DNA of 64,000 bases from Schmidtea polychroa. Taxonomy: Eukaryota. Position numbers and translations under genes: made by a program. The stretch spans positions 226,424,001-226,488,000 of the forward strand of contig CM097885.1 in NCBI GenBank assembly GCA_044892525.1. Direction: 5' to 3'. Shown here one piece after another: positions 34,001 to 43,200 of this stretch (position 1 is its first letter; the number at the start of each line of letters is the position of its first letter). The notes beneath the pieces were generated by a model. That model worked only from the letters and a program-made list of their open reading frames with translations. It was not told where the DNA came from and ran no database searches.

Positions 34001-35186
34001 TGGAAAAGGCCGGAAAGAGGATAAAGGGAAAAGAGAACCGGAAGAGGATAAACCGGAAAACAAGGATTCGGATACGAAAAGAGAGGGAAACAGGCCGGGA
34101 ACCAAGACCAAAGAGGAGGAAAAATCGAATAATGGAAAACAGAGGGTATGCCTACCTTTCACTAACAAAGAAATAGAGACAAATATGATATTAATGATAA
34201 TTATGCTTACCATGATAGAGTTAGTAACAGCTCAGGGAGGGACGAGAACGATAAAAGAAACCAAAGAAGCGGAGAATCAAGATAGCAAAGAGGATGAACT
34301 AAAGCAAGAAAAGAAAAAGCAAGCACAAGAGCAGCAGTGGGATTTAAAGGAAGAATGGGACTTAAAGGAAAGGTGCATACTAGGAAGATGCATGTCTAGA
34401 GCGTATCAGAAACTAGTACTGATAAATGAGGACACAGAACCAATAACAGAAGTAAGAATACAAGAAGCATACCGAAATCGAGACGGGAAGAGAATAACGA
34501 ACGTCAAAGGAAAAGAGGTACACCTAGGAAAAGGTGGTGAGGTAGTAATAACGCAGCTCCAACCTAGAAAAGAGCACAAAGTCTGTATTTCAAGATTAGG
34601 ACCAGGTGAGAGATGCCATCAATATGTGACACAGCAGCAGCCGCCGAAAGAATACACGGTTTGTATCTGGAGGAATGAATCAAAAAGAGAATGCCGACGA
34701 TACCCGGGGAAAAGAGGAAAGAAAAGAAAAAACCACGACGAAAAGGACGAAGGGGGAAAGCACAAGAAAACCGGCGAGGAAGCTCAGGACAACTATGTTT
34801 CGGAGGAAGAAATGGAAAAAATACAAAAGATGGCAAAGGAGGGTATGAACGAGGAAATAGCAAGAATACGAGAGATGATGGAAGGAAATGGCAAAAAAGG
34901 AAACGAGAAAAGTACAGAAGCGATATCAACATTAACAAACAAGGAAAAACCAGAGAGTATAAGCGTGAAGCAGATGATGTGGATCAGTGGGATAATAATA
35001 ACAGGGGCATTCCTAATCATAACGGGGGGAACAATAAAAATAATTAAAGATAAACGACATCGCGGAGAACTAGAGATGACCCAAATCAGAAATTTCCAAC
35101 ATCGAGTGAAACGACCAAGTGATATCAAACAAGAACAGTGGGTGGAGGCCTGGAACGCTCAGCGCCCTCCAAACTCACGTATATAG
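26352..35186 (+). CDS. pol: Env-Pol polyprotein: class III fusion glycoprotein body, TM, aspartic protease, RT, RNase H, integrase, 2 ankyrin modules, second type I membrane protein
   Basis: The frame is open from 26262. PR AMIDTGANVS (DTG 28563). RT YIDD (29781). RNase H LATDASG...EREALA...TDHQPL. Integrase H-H-C-C zinc site, DVVGPL, TDQG, ERFNGTL and GPYEI. Ankyrin GDTPLH/GYTPLM/KNALHHA and SRTPLQ/GETAMM/GNSTLD. Confidence 0.95.
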   Translation: MVSKKVLAYYCGQYSYSTLILPGLDKEIVSIQREDCKELFRTGALKMHNGVTIHGQTGMIKTESVYVSGKVKSSDGSCNGGTYTIRGEVISGVVVIESYTVELKEYEAQFDANNYQMKTNPACRATENVCRTGVSTIIYEANTQKCRLQLLKSALFNEVKGEIYENENDEDGNDRVRMRNGKPMPPSPREKRLSTQKTPTALITDDPDLGMRFIKEKETTKCDSIVYKTNYAGIYMSRQIIDRAVGKIATEDVKLYLYANNKMDFLFHRGQTTLQKVYYDLIQNDCSLNKEILKTKLAIAITHPDNTMPSLPLPDGHFGRMVGEVMYTYQCTKTYARMPEKSILPEKRCANELEIRYKGQNRFVQPVTRIMNPVGFYPNLFNCSNAYGPLYERPDGKWMMLPGKTISEEPKKFGLIELATELDFKPIDVSNGGMYSPEDLETARLNVLFPAIRESILSNMVTITGGTNYQSGPNYELLLSPDHFQQATSNMMKAMWGRFLVFGQMMAGILGIILIIQIVRVILTQMLACFDIYKREKKVNWKMIVGFLPFLAKTMVLHGHSKDIHRIKRLIKILTKIKGTNEEVGRRFRKTMYDEATRRQLKKNKPKFLDRFRSQSSNSDSDDDDNGNDKCLYPNRNPNEKPMETAPYWEKEKTNTWIANGSYIPPDVVGPQAALTMTQNMYPQLPSQPGMHYMPTRRTKSVDQADDVRTIAAMSLPGGPAVTVMIQINGKETNAMIDTGANVSAIAINQIPSKHWKDIESTTIHIIACSKETVDVVGRWWTTLRYQDNEIETYLAVIPNLSVPCIIGTDLMPELLKEVVIDLTTMCLKDKTGRICKMNAIIRCPEKIVVPAKSQMICQIKVDTGMEGEVIFEPSKSFEKRRELPLAREIITINQEGVIPLNITNFEEEDKIIYENEKLGRLTPMMDIELPKVTNEMIKDDELWTIDSMLLTNDEKKKLHRLLVEYKDIFAISDLDLGTCDVTLHAIPLIDETPIALRPYKLAEMQKEIAEAEVQKMLDAKVIEPSCSPWQFPVVMVKKKDGTQRFCIDYRKLNAVTKRDTYPLPDINEMLLMLQGAAYFTSLDLKSGYWQIKVKDEDKEKTAFTLGRDLYQFRKMPFGLTNAPASFQRCMNFVTHGIKQCMVYIDDLLIYSATFEQHLEDIRNVFIRLRQWKLKLKPSKCDWAKEKVTFLGHIVSAKGKEPDPRNIEKIKTCPAPKTVTQVQEFLGLCGYYRKFIKNYAGIAKPIQELVKKDISFIWGKEQQEAFETLRDKLIEAPILVHPDFKKPFLLATDASGYAAGAILGQLDDEGKERVIGYYSRTFKKHEKNYSVTEREALAIIQAIKHFRYLLWGHEICITTDHQPLVWLGQHKEASSRLMRWAMQLQEYSPFIKFKAGRANANADCMSRFIFPDLVDSEMQRICLIVAEDLDFCQLRKDQQGDAELKQIIDYVKTGKTDAYAKDPKLKEHMDKHRHRYIIEKDWLLIMDGEKRLMCIPENRRKELLTQYHDGRLGGHMSSKKTLARMKQKYFWPTLTEDVTEWVKNCLTCATRKNTGSKWKAPLTPMPVPIEPMTMISMDVVGPLPESDKGNVYILVITDFLTKFPEAFAMPDQKAKTIAKILVEEICCRYGTPKQILTDQGTNFMSEIMSEVTNYFKIAKLRTSPYHPQTNGMTERFNGTLIQMLSNYVDRHQRDWDEYINLCLMAYRMSIHASTKMSPFKLMYGRECNMPMDLEYQPPISQYMEIDDYVTKFKERMQEIWETAGLNIKFYQESYKDLHDRKKNVKQHTFQTGDWVMIETPELIPGTTRKLQRNGKGPYEILFVGETNVRVKLINNPFTRPIYVNVARCKSIPKTATSQPEGRTLTTRSQTYRMNMMQQLAEPIPGRSGIQPSEAEKIVREVKIKLPGWAKDRLDFEILGGLLTMIENYANRERTHPLLRVVKSQWPILFTITDHYGDTPLHKLMKVGNNEQILETIEAFHDCKRSTEQENNQGYTPLMIAANRGKTKDIITALLDTGSKITTQDHERKNALHHAIEGKSTEAFTSLMELLSYEDNREVGNMYEGLLTAIKEKLTTITGILITWRNPIQNDYMINVNEAFTKGENTLMREAMKGHHLFEIPNQLLERGIKFTNHKDEQLAKKRIDTFEKSIFQFTSQVRNKYWETVSVLYMMDTMNNIRENYLDIIQILTAEERINNPNGKKTKIRYEKPRESKSTTNQTVTNHVIETKSMSIDQEAIIRKAKEVFFEEMLELPDEIILSKIIKAVHTYARDQTTGLDIGKIKTFLPRAFTMVTKDSRTPLQQAILAAKENRAITIMRILGEMGEETNTKNEQGETAMMYAAITKIHPKTLHILHQSGSKLDERSNEGNSTLDWATIQLNLEMIRFICKNATKEEVENMCKNTSQFQWNTVRKNLEAMKLLLTWRVPQNNKYAINVNEFYENGENAMVKNTLTKGGTPKIILIVLNREDLKFTQNQNEQQRIGKHRRMQLRELVKEWNRKRHAATGRKEFEFEAKLARNRVLTAYRRLLNDINVEDDILNDSGGDKHDDNDGKGRKEDKGKREPEEDKPENKDSDTKREGNRPGTKTKEEEKSNNGKQRVCLPFTNKEIETNMILMIIMLTMIELVTAQGGTRTIKETKEAENQDSKEDELKQEKKKQAQEQQWDLKEEWDLKERCILGRCMSRAYQKLVLINEDTEPITEVRIQEAYRNRDGKRITNVKGKEVHLGKGGEVVITQLQPRKEHKVCISRLGPGERCHQYVTQQQPPKEYTVCIWRNESKRECRRYPGKRGKKRKNHDEKDEGGKHKKTGEEAQDNYVSEEEMEKIQKMAKEGMNEEIARIREMMEGNGKKGNEKSTEAISTLTNKEKPESISVKQMMWISGIIITGAFLIITGGTIKIIKDKRHRGELEMTQIRNFQHRVKRPSDIKQEQWVEAWNAQRPPNSRI

Positions 35187-35346
35187 AAAGGAATATGACT
35201 GTATATAATTGTAAAAAGTAAGTATATCTTATGTATATAACAGTACTATATCTTTATATAAGCGCGGTATCAATATTATACAATAACGGGAATCATAAAA
35301 TGACATTAAATTTAAATAAGAGTTGAAAAGTGTATATAAATTAAGA

Positions 35347-35706
35347 ATGGATCAAGGAAATAACGAAATGAACCACAATACAGTAACTGAAGAATTATGG
35401 AAGCAACAATGTGCCGTATTAGCACAATTAGTGTCCAATTTGCAAGAACAAGGATTGACGATGCACAGAAACCTAATCGAGAGTATGAATAGAGGATTTA
35501 GTTATTTGAAAATAATTGAAGACCAGAGGTTGAAAATCGAACAAATGCAAAGAGAGATAGAGAGGATAACCCAATATAGCCGTAGACAGGAAATCGAGCT
35601 AGACAGAATGATGGAGGAAGCAGAACAGACAGAAATAGAAGACTGGTCGGAATGGCTAATGAATAGAGAGGAGAGCGGACACGAAGCCGACTCTTCCGAA
35701 CCCTAA
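35347..35706 (+). CDS. Small coiled-coil accessory protein
   Basis: ATG at 35347 within the track ORF 35323-35706; heptad-like Q/E/R-rich; homologue in element 1. Confidence 0.65.
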   Translation: MDQGNNEMNHNTVTEELWKQQCAVLAQLVSNLQEQGLTMHRNLIESMNRGFSYLKIIEDQRLKIEQMQREIERITQYSRRQEIELDRMMEEAEQTEIEDWSEWLMNREESGHEADSSEP

Positions 35707-35791
35707 ACCAAACCTAGCTTAAAATGTAAATAATTGTAAATAAAATATCGAACCTGTATCGATAAGAACTATTTGTACATATAATTATAGA

Positions 35792-37180
35792 ATGGATAAA
35801 CGACAAAGAGAAGAGTTCAGAGAGATTGTCGAGCAAGTCCGAAAATCTACAACGATCAGAATACACAAACATGTTATGTGCGGAATATGTGAAAAGTTGT
35901 TAAAGGAACCTCACCAAACGCAATGTGGATGCAGAGTATGTAAAGAATGTATCAGTGAAGCAATAAAGAATAGACCACAGAGGTGCCCGGTGTGTAAAGA
36001 GACACTAATATCGAGTTTAGAAGACACTAACGAGGATAAAGCCGCAGTGAAAGACATGTTAAACACCAATCTGGGATGTAAAAATGCCCCATGCGAATGG
36101 AAAGGAGTAATATGGAAGGTAGTACAACATATGGGAGAATGTATGTACAGAATTGGCCAGTGTGAAAGGTGCCATAAAACCATTCGAGCAAGCGAAGAAA
36201 AAGAGCATCAAAGGCAGTGTGAAGAGAGATTAGAAAGATGTGAACACTGTGGAGAAATAGATACGTGGAAAAATCTCACCCTCAAACATCACAATGTCCA
36301 AGAGGAGAGAGTATGTGCAGAGTTCAGTGGGGAATGCCCAAACGGATGTAACCAAGGGGAAATAATGAAGGTGGCACAGCATCTAAGGGAATGCGAAAAG
36401 AAAAGAATGACATGTGTACTAGGTAGATGGGGTTGTCAGAAACTACTACACCGAGGTGAGTTACCACATCATTTAGTAGAAAATGCTTCAACCCACGCAG
36501 AAATGTGGTCGACTGCGTTACAAGAAAGCGAAGAGAAAGTAAAACAAATGGAGATAGAGATAACATCGTTGAAAGTGTTAGTCAAAGAACTACTAGAAGA
36601 AAGGGAAGCGTTAGAAGAAGCCCGAGCAAACATAAAGATGCAAATAAACCGAATAGAAATCAGTAATAATCAGGCCAAGGAGCTACATCAGAAAATACGG
36701 GAAATAAATCTAAATGAGATAACCCCAACAGCACCCTACATATGGAAAATAACGGGAGTAAAAGAAAGAATACGAAAAGCAAAAACCGGAGAAGAGACAA
36801 GAATAACAAGTCCTGCATTCCATTCTTGGAAAAATGGGTACAAAATGAAAATGAAGATATATCCCAACGGGGACGGAACCGGAGTAGATACGCACTTTTC
36901 GATTTTCTTTCTGTTATGTAAAGGGGAATACGACGAAATAATAGAGTGGCCGTTCCAGGCAAAAATCGATATTGCACTAATGAATGACCGAAGCATCCAC
37001 GAACAAAGCTTCAAGACAACTGGAAACCAAATGTGTTACCAGAGACCTACGGCAGAAGAAGGATCAGCAACAGGAGCACCTACGTTCATCCTACAACAAA
37101 AAGTAGAAGATATGGCAAGAAATGACACGGTGTATATCAAGATGACCGTGAGGAAAGAGGAGAAGGGTAGAACGGAGTAA
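35792..37180 (+). CDS. TRAF: Full-length intronless TRAF-family protein (RING - TRAF zinc fingers - coiled coil - MATH)
   Basis: RING CGICEKLLKEPHQTQCGCRVCKEC...CPVC; tandem TRAF-type zinc fingers; MATH motifs YIWKI, SPAF, GYKM, YPNGDG, HFSIF, KGEYD, EWPF, YQRP. Confidence 0.93.
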   Translation: MDKRQREEFREIVEQVRKSTTIRIHKHVMCGICEKLLKEPHQTQCGCRVCKECISEAIKNRPQRCPVCKETLISSLEDTNEDKAAVKDMLNTNLGCKNAPCEWKGVIWKVVQHMGECMYRIGQCERCHKTIRASEEKEHQRQCEERLERCEHCGEIDTWKNLTLKHHNVQEERVCAEFSGECPNGCNQGEIMKVAQHLRECEKKRMTCVLGRWGCQKLLHRGELPHHLVENASTHAEMWSTALQESEEKVKQMEIEITSLKVLVKELLEEREALEEARANIKMQINRIEISNNQAKELHQKIREINLNEITPTAPYIWKITGVKERIRKAKTGEETRITSPAFHSWKNGYKMKMKIYPNGDGTGVDTHFSIFFLLCKGEYDEIIEWPFQAKIDIALMNDRSIHEQSFKTTGNQMCYQRPTAEEGSATGAPTFILQQKVEDMARNDTVYIKMTVRKEEKGRTE

Positions 37181-37373
37181 CCAATCGAATAATGTTGTAT
37201 ATAATAATCTGTATATATCGGTGTATATAACCAATAAAATATTATATAATAATAGTATGAAAACCCTAAATACGAAAACCCAAAAATGATGCGAAAATTT
37301 CCAAAGAAACAGTAGATAATGAATAAATTCCTTTTTCATAATAAAAAGATTAATCGATGTCTATGATTTAGAG

Positions 37374-38429
37374 ATGACACAAGAGAAAATAACCGAAACT
37401 GCGATAGCCCCAACCAATGTCAACAAGACACAAATTCCCCGAGAACATAACAAAAAATGGAACAAAGTAATGTTCCAACTAACTAATCTCACCCGAAATC
37501 ACATCGAAGAAACTAGAGAGGATGAGAATAGTCAATACCAATGGTTAATACACAACTTAAGAGCGGAAGCAGAAGCATGCAAAAGAGCATCAAAATGGGC
37601 GTCACTAGAAAATACCCGCCAAGAAGCGCACAGCCACTACTTAAAGCAGCTAGTGCAGGAAGCGAGAAAGAGACTTACCGATGAAAACACCAAGCGCGAA
37701 GCGGAAAAGCAAATAGAAGGAAGGAAAATGATGCACTTAGTGGCAGAAGCGAGAAAATGGAAAAGACAAAGCAATGAAATAAAAAAAGAGATGAAAGAAT
37801 TGCCCATGAGACTCGGATATGAGAGCGAACAGGGTAAATGGGAGGAAAATTTAATAATAAAGGAAGAACTGAAACGGTTGAAAAAGGTCGCCGCCCGAAG
37901 CCAAACATGGCAGATGAAGGCTATGGAGTTTGAACGACATTTGGCAATAAAATGCGACATAAGAGAGCACGAGAATGCCGCAATGGAAGAGATGATAACC
38001 CAGCAAGCAGGACGGGTTGTAGAATTAGTAAATCAGGTCGAAGAGATGAAAAGAGACCTTAATGGATTACAAGGATCGTTAGAACAAAGAAACATGGTCC
38101 TGGCGAAAAAAAACAGAAAATTAGAAAACGAGAGGAAAATGTATACCGAAAATATCAAAAACTTGGAAATAGAAATTGAAAGATGGAAGGGCGACGAGAA
38201 AATCAAGGCCTTAGATAGACAAGTAGAGGCGAAAGACGAAGAGACAAGGTATCTCACTTATCTGCTCGACGAAGAGCTGAATATCACTCGAGCTCTAAGA
38301 GACGAAGTTAATGAATTGAGAGCTCAAATCCCCCAATATTACCTACCCTATGACCCTATTGCGATACAGTTGCATCCAGCGGTCGATAGTGATGAAGGTT
38401 ATGTGGGACAGGAGGAAACCTTCGTATAA
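37374..38429 (+). CDS. Orphan long coiled-coil protein (351 aa)
   Basis: Intact ORF with E/K/R/L heptad character and the element's A-rich codon usage; AATAAA at 38435. Confidence 0.75.
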   Translation: MTQEKITETAIAPTNVNKTQIPREHNKKWNKVMFQLTNLTRNHIEETREDENSQYQWLIHNLRAEAEACKRASKWASLENTRQEAHSHYLKQLVQEARKRLTDENTKREAEKQIEGRKMMHLVAEARKWKRQSNEIKKEMKELPMRLGYESEQGKWEENLIIKEELKRLKKVAARSQTWQMKAMEFERHLAIKCDIREHENAAMEEMITQQAGRVVELVNQVEEMKRDLNGLQGSLEQRNMVLAKKNRKLENERKMYTENIKNLEIEIERWKGDEKIKALDRQVEAKDEETRYLTYLLDEELNITRALRDEVNELRAQIPQYYLPYDPIAIQLHPAVDSDEGYVGQEETFV

Positions 38430-38577
38430 GGGTGAATAAAAAGATAAAAACAAAAATCGGGACGTATATCCCAAACAAAAAAAAAAAAAAAACAAAACAA
38501 AAAAAAAAAAAAAAAAATTTAAAGTATGATAAAAGTATTCAAGGGACTGTAACCCGAACTATTAAAATTTTATATAA

Positions 38578-39339
38578 ATGTATATGTATAAGTCACACTA
38601 TAGCGCACCATTAACTGTACATATTACAGATATGAAAATCGAGGAAATAATAGAAATTACGAGCGACGTAGAAGAGGGAGAGATTGAGGCAGAAACAACA
38701 GAAACACAAACGTTAAAGGCCAAGTTACGGGAAGAGAAGTACGAAAACGAGAGACTAGTAAACAAATATATAGAAGACCGAAAAATGATTAAAATACTAA
38801 AGAAGGAGTGCGAAGCGTTAGGAGAAATAAAGAGAGAAGCTGAAGAGAAGAATGAATGGTTGCAAGAACAAAGAACACGAGGAAGAAACTGGGAAAAGAT
38901 TGCAGAGGAACTATGGCAAGAGAGGGCAAGCTTCAAGGCAGAAGAAGTAATCCAGGATTATTGGAAAACAGAGGCGAAAGAACACCAAATAACTATAAAT
39001 AAATTAAATCGACAATTGGAGGAAAAACAACGAGAAAGTGAGGAAATGAAAAAATGGATTCGCAAGTATCAAGAGATCGAGAGAAAACAACAACAACAAC
39101 AACAACGAAACCTTTCGCAGGAAAACGAACAAGATTTCCTACAAATCGAACTAAAAAGGAATCTCGACAAAAAACGGGAAGAAATTAAGAGACTGAAAAA
39201 GGAGATAAGGCACATGAAAAGGGAGGCCCGTGAAAAGAACAGACAGTTGGAAATGCTGCCCGAGTTAAGACACAGAGTCATTAAAGCGGAATCCACCCTG
39301 ATGAGAATCGCCGAAAATAACCCAAACCAGAATCATTAA
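38578..39339 (+). CDS. Orphan coiled-coil protein (likely start ATG 38632)
   Basis: E/K/Q/R-rich helical ORF; an acceptor-like TTACAG ends at 38629, just before ATG 38632. Confidence 0.7.
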   Translation: MYMYKSHYSAPLTVHITDMKIEEIIEITSDVEEGEIEAETTETQTLKAKLREEKYENERLVNKYIEDRKMIKILKKECEALGEIKREAEEKNEWLQEQRTRGRNWEKIAEELWQERASFKAEEVIQDYWKTEAKEHQITINKLNRQLEEKQRESEEMKKWIRKYQEIERKQQQQQQRNLSQENEQDFLQIELKRNLDKKREEIKRLKKEIRHMKREAREKNRQLEMLPELRHRVIKAESTLMRIAENNPNQNH

Positions 39340-39380
39340 ATTAAGGGTCACTAAAACCAATTGTAAATAAACCATAATGA

Positions 39381-39950
39381 ATGTATAATAGTATCATGCG
39401 AGGCGAGATGATGATAACAATGACGGTATTGATGATTCTGACGGAGAACAAACAAGTAAACGCCCAACCGAAAATCGTGCGAGATTACCGAAATCAAAAT
39501 CAAGAACCTAAACGAGAATCCGGCCAATGCACATACCCTATGACAGTAAAAATCCATATCATCCAAACCCTTCAATCAACCCGTTCACACATCAACAACA
39601 TCCAAACAATGTGTAAAAAGAATCCCATTTGTAAAATGATAAACAAACAAATCCTCGAACAAATCCAACAATTCGACCAGTTAGAACAACAAATGCAACA
39701 AGAGAATTTTGAAAATCTTGTAGAAAAGCCAAAAACACCTCCCGAAATCAATGACACCCATTATCTCATATATGTGGTGATCGCAGAAACCCTCCTCCTA
39801 TGTCTACCAATACTCATGAAGATTTACGAAGTTAGAAATAAATGTAGAATCTCGACACCAATAAGAGTAACCTCGAACAGAAATCCTCAAGAAGTGCCGC
39901 TGACAAATCTTAACCCAACCCCATTCCGACCTCGAATCCCGAGTAACTAA
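39381..39950 (+). CDS. Small predicted type I membrane protein
   Basis: N-terminal hydrophobic MMITMTVLMILT, helical ectodomain with 3 Cys, TM YLIYVVIAETLLLCLPILM, Pro-rich tail. Confidence 0.6.
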   Translation: MYNSIMRGEMMITMTVLMILTENKQVNAQPKIVRDYRNQNQEPKRESGQCTYPMTVKIHIIQTLQSTRSHINNIQTMCKKNPICKMINKQILEQIQQFDQLEQQMQQENFENLVEKPKTPPEINDTHYLIYVVIAETLLLCLPILMKIYEVRNKCRISTPIRVTSNRNPQEVPLTNLNPTPFRPRIPSN

Positions 39951-40273
39951 CCAATCCAGCCGAATTCTAACAATCAGACCTATCTCAACATCAATACCCG
40001 AACCAACCAACAACCGCCAGCAGAAGCATCAAATGGTTAGCAGTTCATAAACTCTAACTCAAACATTGGTGTTATCATATGCAGAAACTTTTATTGTATA
40101 TACAAACTATCACCTTAAGTGATACTTGCTTGGTCTTGATTTGACCTATATCTTAGAATAAAATTGTTTTTGTTATTGTATTATAATTGTTTCGATATAT
40201 CCTTTTTATGAATGCATGAAGTAAGATAACTATGCAATTGCGGGACGCAATTTTGATGGGTCCCCGAGTGATT

Positions 40274-43200
40274 TGTTGGGCTGAGTCGAAGGGTAGTTGG
40301 GAAATTAGGGCAAACTTAACTAAAATAAAATAAAAAATAAAAACAAATAAATTGACAAATAAAATAGAATAAAACATAAGAAAAACAATAATTAGAAAAT
40401 AGGAATTAAAACAAAAAATATAAAGATGAGAAAAAATTAAAATAGGACAATAGAATGGCGGAAAACAACGTAAAATATAGTAAATAATAAGAAAATTAAG
40501 GAAAATAAATAAAAACATAATTTTAATAAAGAAAGTAAGAAGAAATAACTAAAAAAACAAGGAAAATAAATTAAATTAATAAAATTAAGCGGTACTCAAT
40601 TCTAATTGGTCCGCGCAAACAAAAAATTAATATATAAGCAGGCATTAAAAACATAACAATTACTGTTAATCAAACCACCTCAATAGGTAAGTGAAATTTA
40701 AACAATACCACTGTTAATCAAACCACCTCAATAGGTAAATCTATTCTACGACAGAACAGAACTCCAGCAACTAACGCACGATAACTCACGAGGACAATTC
40801 CAAGATTCAAGAGATTTTTACAGAACTAGACGATATTCGAGCATTAACTGATTCGACATAGTACCCTTTTCGACTCAGCCCATACTTGTATCAATCATTC
40901 GGTAAGGATTTTTGATTGCTTATTTTGAATTTTTAAGTAATGCGTATAGTTTAATAATATTTTTAATTTAAAAAAAATGGTTTTTCTTTTCGTTTGATTT
41001 TCGAATGCTTTACTTAAATTAATAATTTGCTTAATAATAAATGATTTGCTCGTTAAGAATTATTGATCTTTTATGAATTAATTTGTATGAATTATTGGAG
41101 ACTATTCAATTTTGCGAGAAACGTGGCGTTGAGATACTCTATGTCATGGTGTGAGGTGCCTTCGGAAGCTCCACCGGTGGACATAGGGTATTTCAATCAC
41201 GCAGCTAGATTGGGCCGAAATGTGAGGGCTTCTTCACGGGTCCAATTGCTGAAGGTGCGACTAAAATCTATAGGTAGATGGTGGCAGAAAATTGATAGTC
41301 ATGTAGTGATTGAAAACAAAGATATGTAAGAAAGGAATCGGGGAATTTTGATGTTTTCGCGCAGTGATTGAGGGTGTCACACTATCGTTTTCGAATGTCG
41401 TGTTTGCTAAGAAAAATTTTTTCTCCATCATCAATGTAAGTTGTGCGTCAAAAAGTGTTCAAACCTTAGTGAGGCTATCTGTGACATATCTTCGATGCTC
41501 ACACTTTTCACTCAGAATCTGTTCCGACCAATTGTTAGCCTAAAACCCTTTGAACTATTATTCCGTTCACCTAAAAGTTCTCTTAAAGACATAGTTGCAA
41601 GGAAGCTCAAAGTAGATTGCTTCAGATAATTATTGGAATTATTCCAAATGACTGTTTACGGATAAATTGTAGAACTACGTAAAATAATTTATTACAGATA
41701 ATTGTTAGAACTTCATAAAACGAGTTTGTTCCAAATAAAATTTTGAATTACATAAAATAATTTACTTCAATTAAATTTTTTTGAATTATATAAAAATATT
41801 TACATACAATTAATTATCATAATTACATAAACTATTGGCATCAAATAATTTAACAACAAAAAATGCAACCAATTCGAACCAAGAAAATATATTTCTTCAA
41901 GTTAGCCGATAATCTTGTTAAATACGAAATTCCAGTATTACATGAGGTTGGCAATCCAGCAGAGATAGGAAAAAAATCCTCCAGCACTTAGAGAGTAGAT
42001 TGGTAAACTAGGCTTGAGTAATTAAAGACGAAAAATCCACCCTTGGAGCAAGCTATATCCAACATTTGCAATACAGATAATTATAATTTTTCCAATAATC
42101 CGGTGAGAATTAGTAAATCATCACCATATGCCGTAGAATTGTGAGCGAATACGCGGTGGATAAAATTCTGAGAGAATGCCATCATGCAAACATTCAACGC
42201 CTGCATTTGTAGTATAATTAAGTGTGTGAAAGCGCACCTTGCATGCGTCACCAGTTGCAGACTTACCTAATAGCCAAGTACAGTAGGCAAAGTCACACAC
42301 GCATCTACTCATGTAAAATTAGATCGAACATGCCAATTAAACTACCGACAGCTATCAGATTTCACCGCTCCGGATTAAGAGTCAATCACTGGGCTGACAT
42401 TACCTTATCTACCCAGCAGGTATGGTCGACTACTAGCTCACACTGATACCGTGCTCAGTTGTTATAAAGACACTAATTTTTAATGATAAACTCGATCATA
42501 ATTATGATTATTCTCTCTTTATTATCTTAGCATGAATGGCACCGAAATTATTTCATTTTTTGACATAGTTATCATTAATATTAATATCGAATATTGTTAA
42601 ATAAATATTATGTAAACCAGGTAAAACATATGTGAGTAATTAAAGAGAATGAATAAACAATTAAAAATTTAAATAACCTTCCGTTTATCCTGTAGGAACT
42701 AATCAACAGGCATTATGGACCCCTTTTCCATAGATAGTCACTCGACCCCAGTATATGATACACTCATTAAAAGCACTCGTACGGGGGGAGAAGTCGACAA
42801 TTTAAATCGATTCTCGGTAAACGTGAAATAATGACTCCAAGCGGATTAAATAAATAATCATTTTCATCGACCTAGAATTTCTCTCACAAATAGTAATATC
42901 TTCCTTTTCCTTGTGCGAAATCTGGTTTGATCGATTTATCTCCTTATAATTAAAGCCCCGAAAGGGTACGAGAATCCATCGCGTAGTAGAACTTGTCTTG
43001 ACTGGTAAACCCATATTTTTGTCTATGATCAGTACAGTATGAATGTAGTCAGATGGTGACACTCCCGCTGATTTAATTATTTTCATTTTCTTTTTCACAG
43101 TCGCTCAAAATGTTGCCAAATTCCAAGCCCGTTCTTCGACCTTGTTTTTCTTGCTCCGACAAGAATTCAATTATCAAAGAGCTCCAGGCCCAAATCGAAA

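Noticed and set aside
40153-40518. Hydrophobic minus-strand ORF at the LTR start (also 14273-14521)
   Set aside because: It is the translation of a T-rich low-complexity tract; it mimics a membrane protein by composition only.
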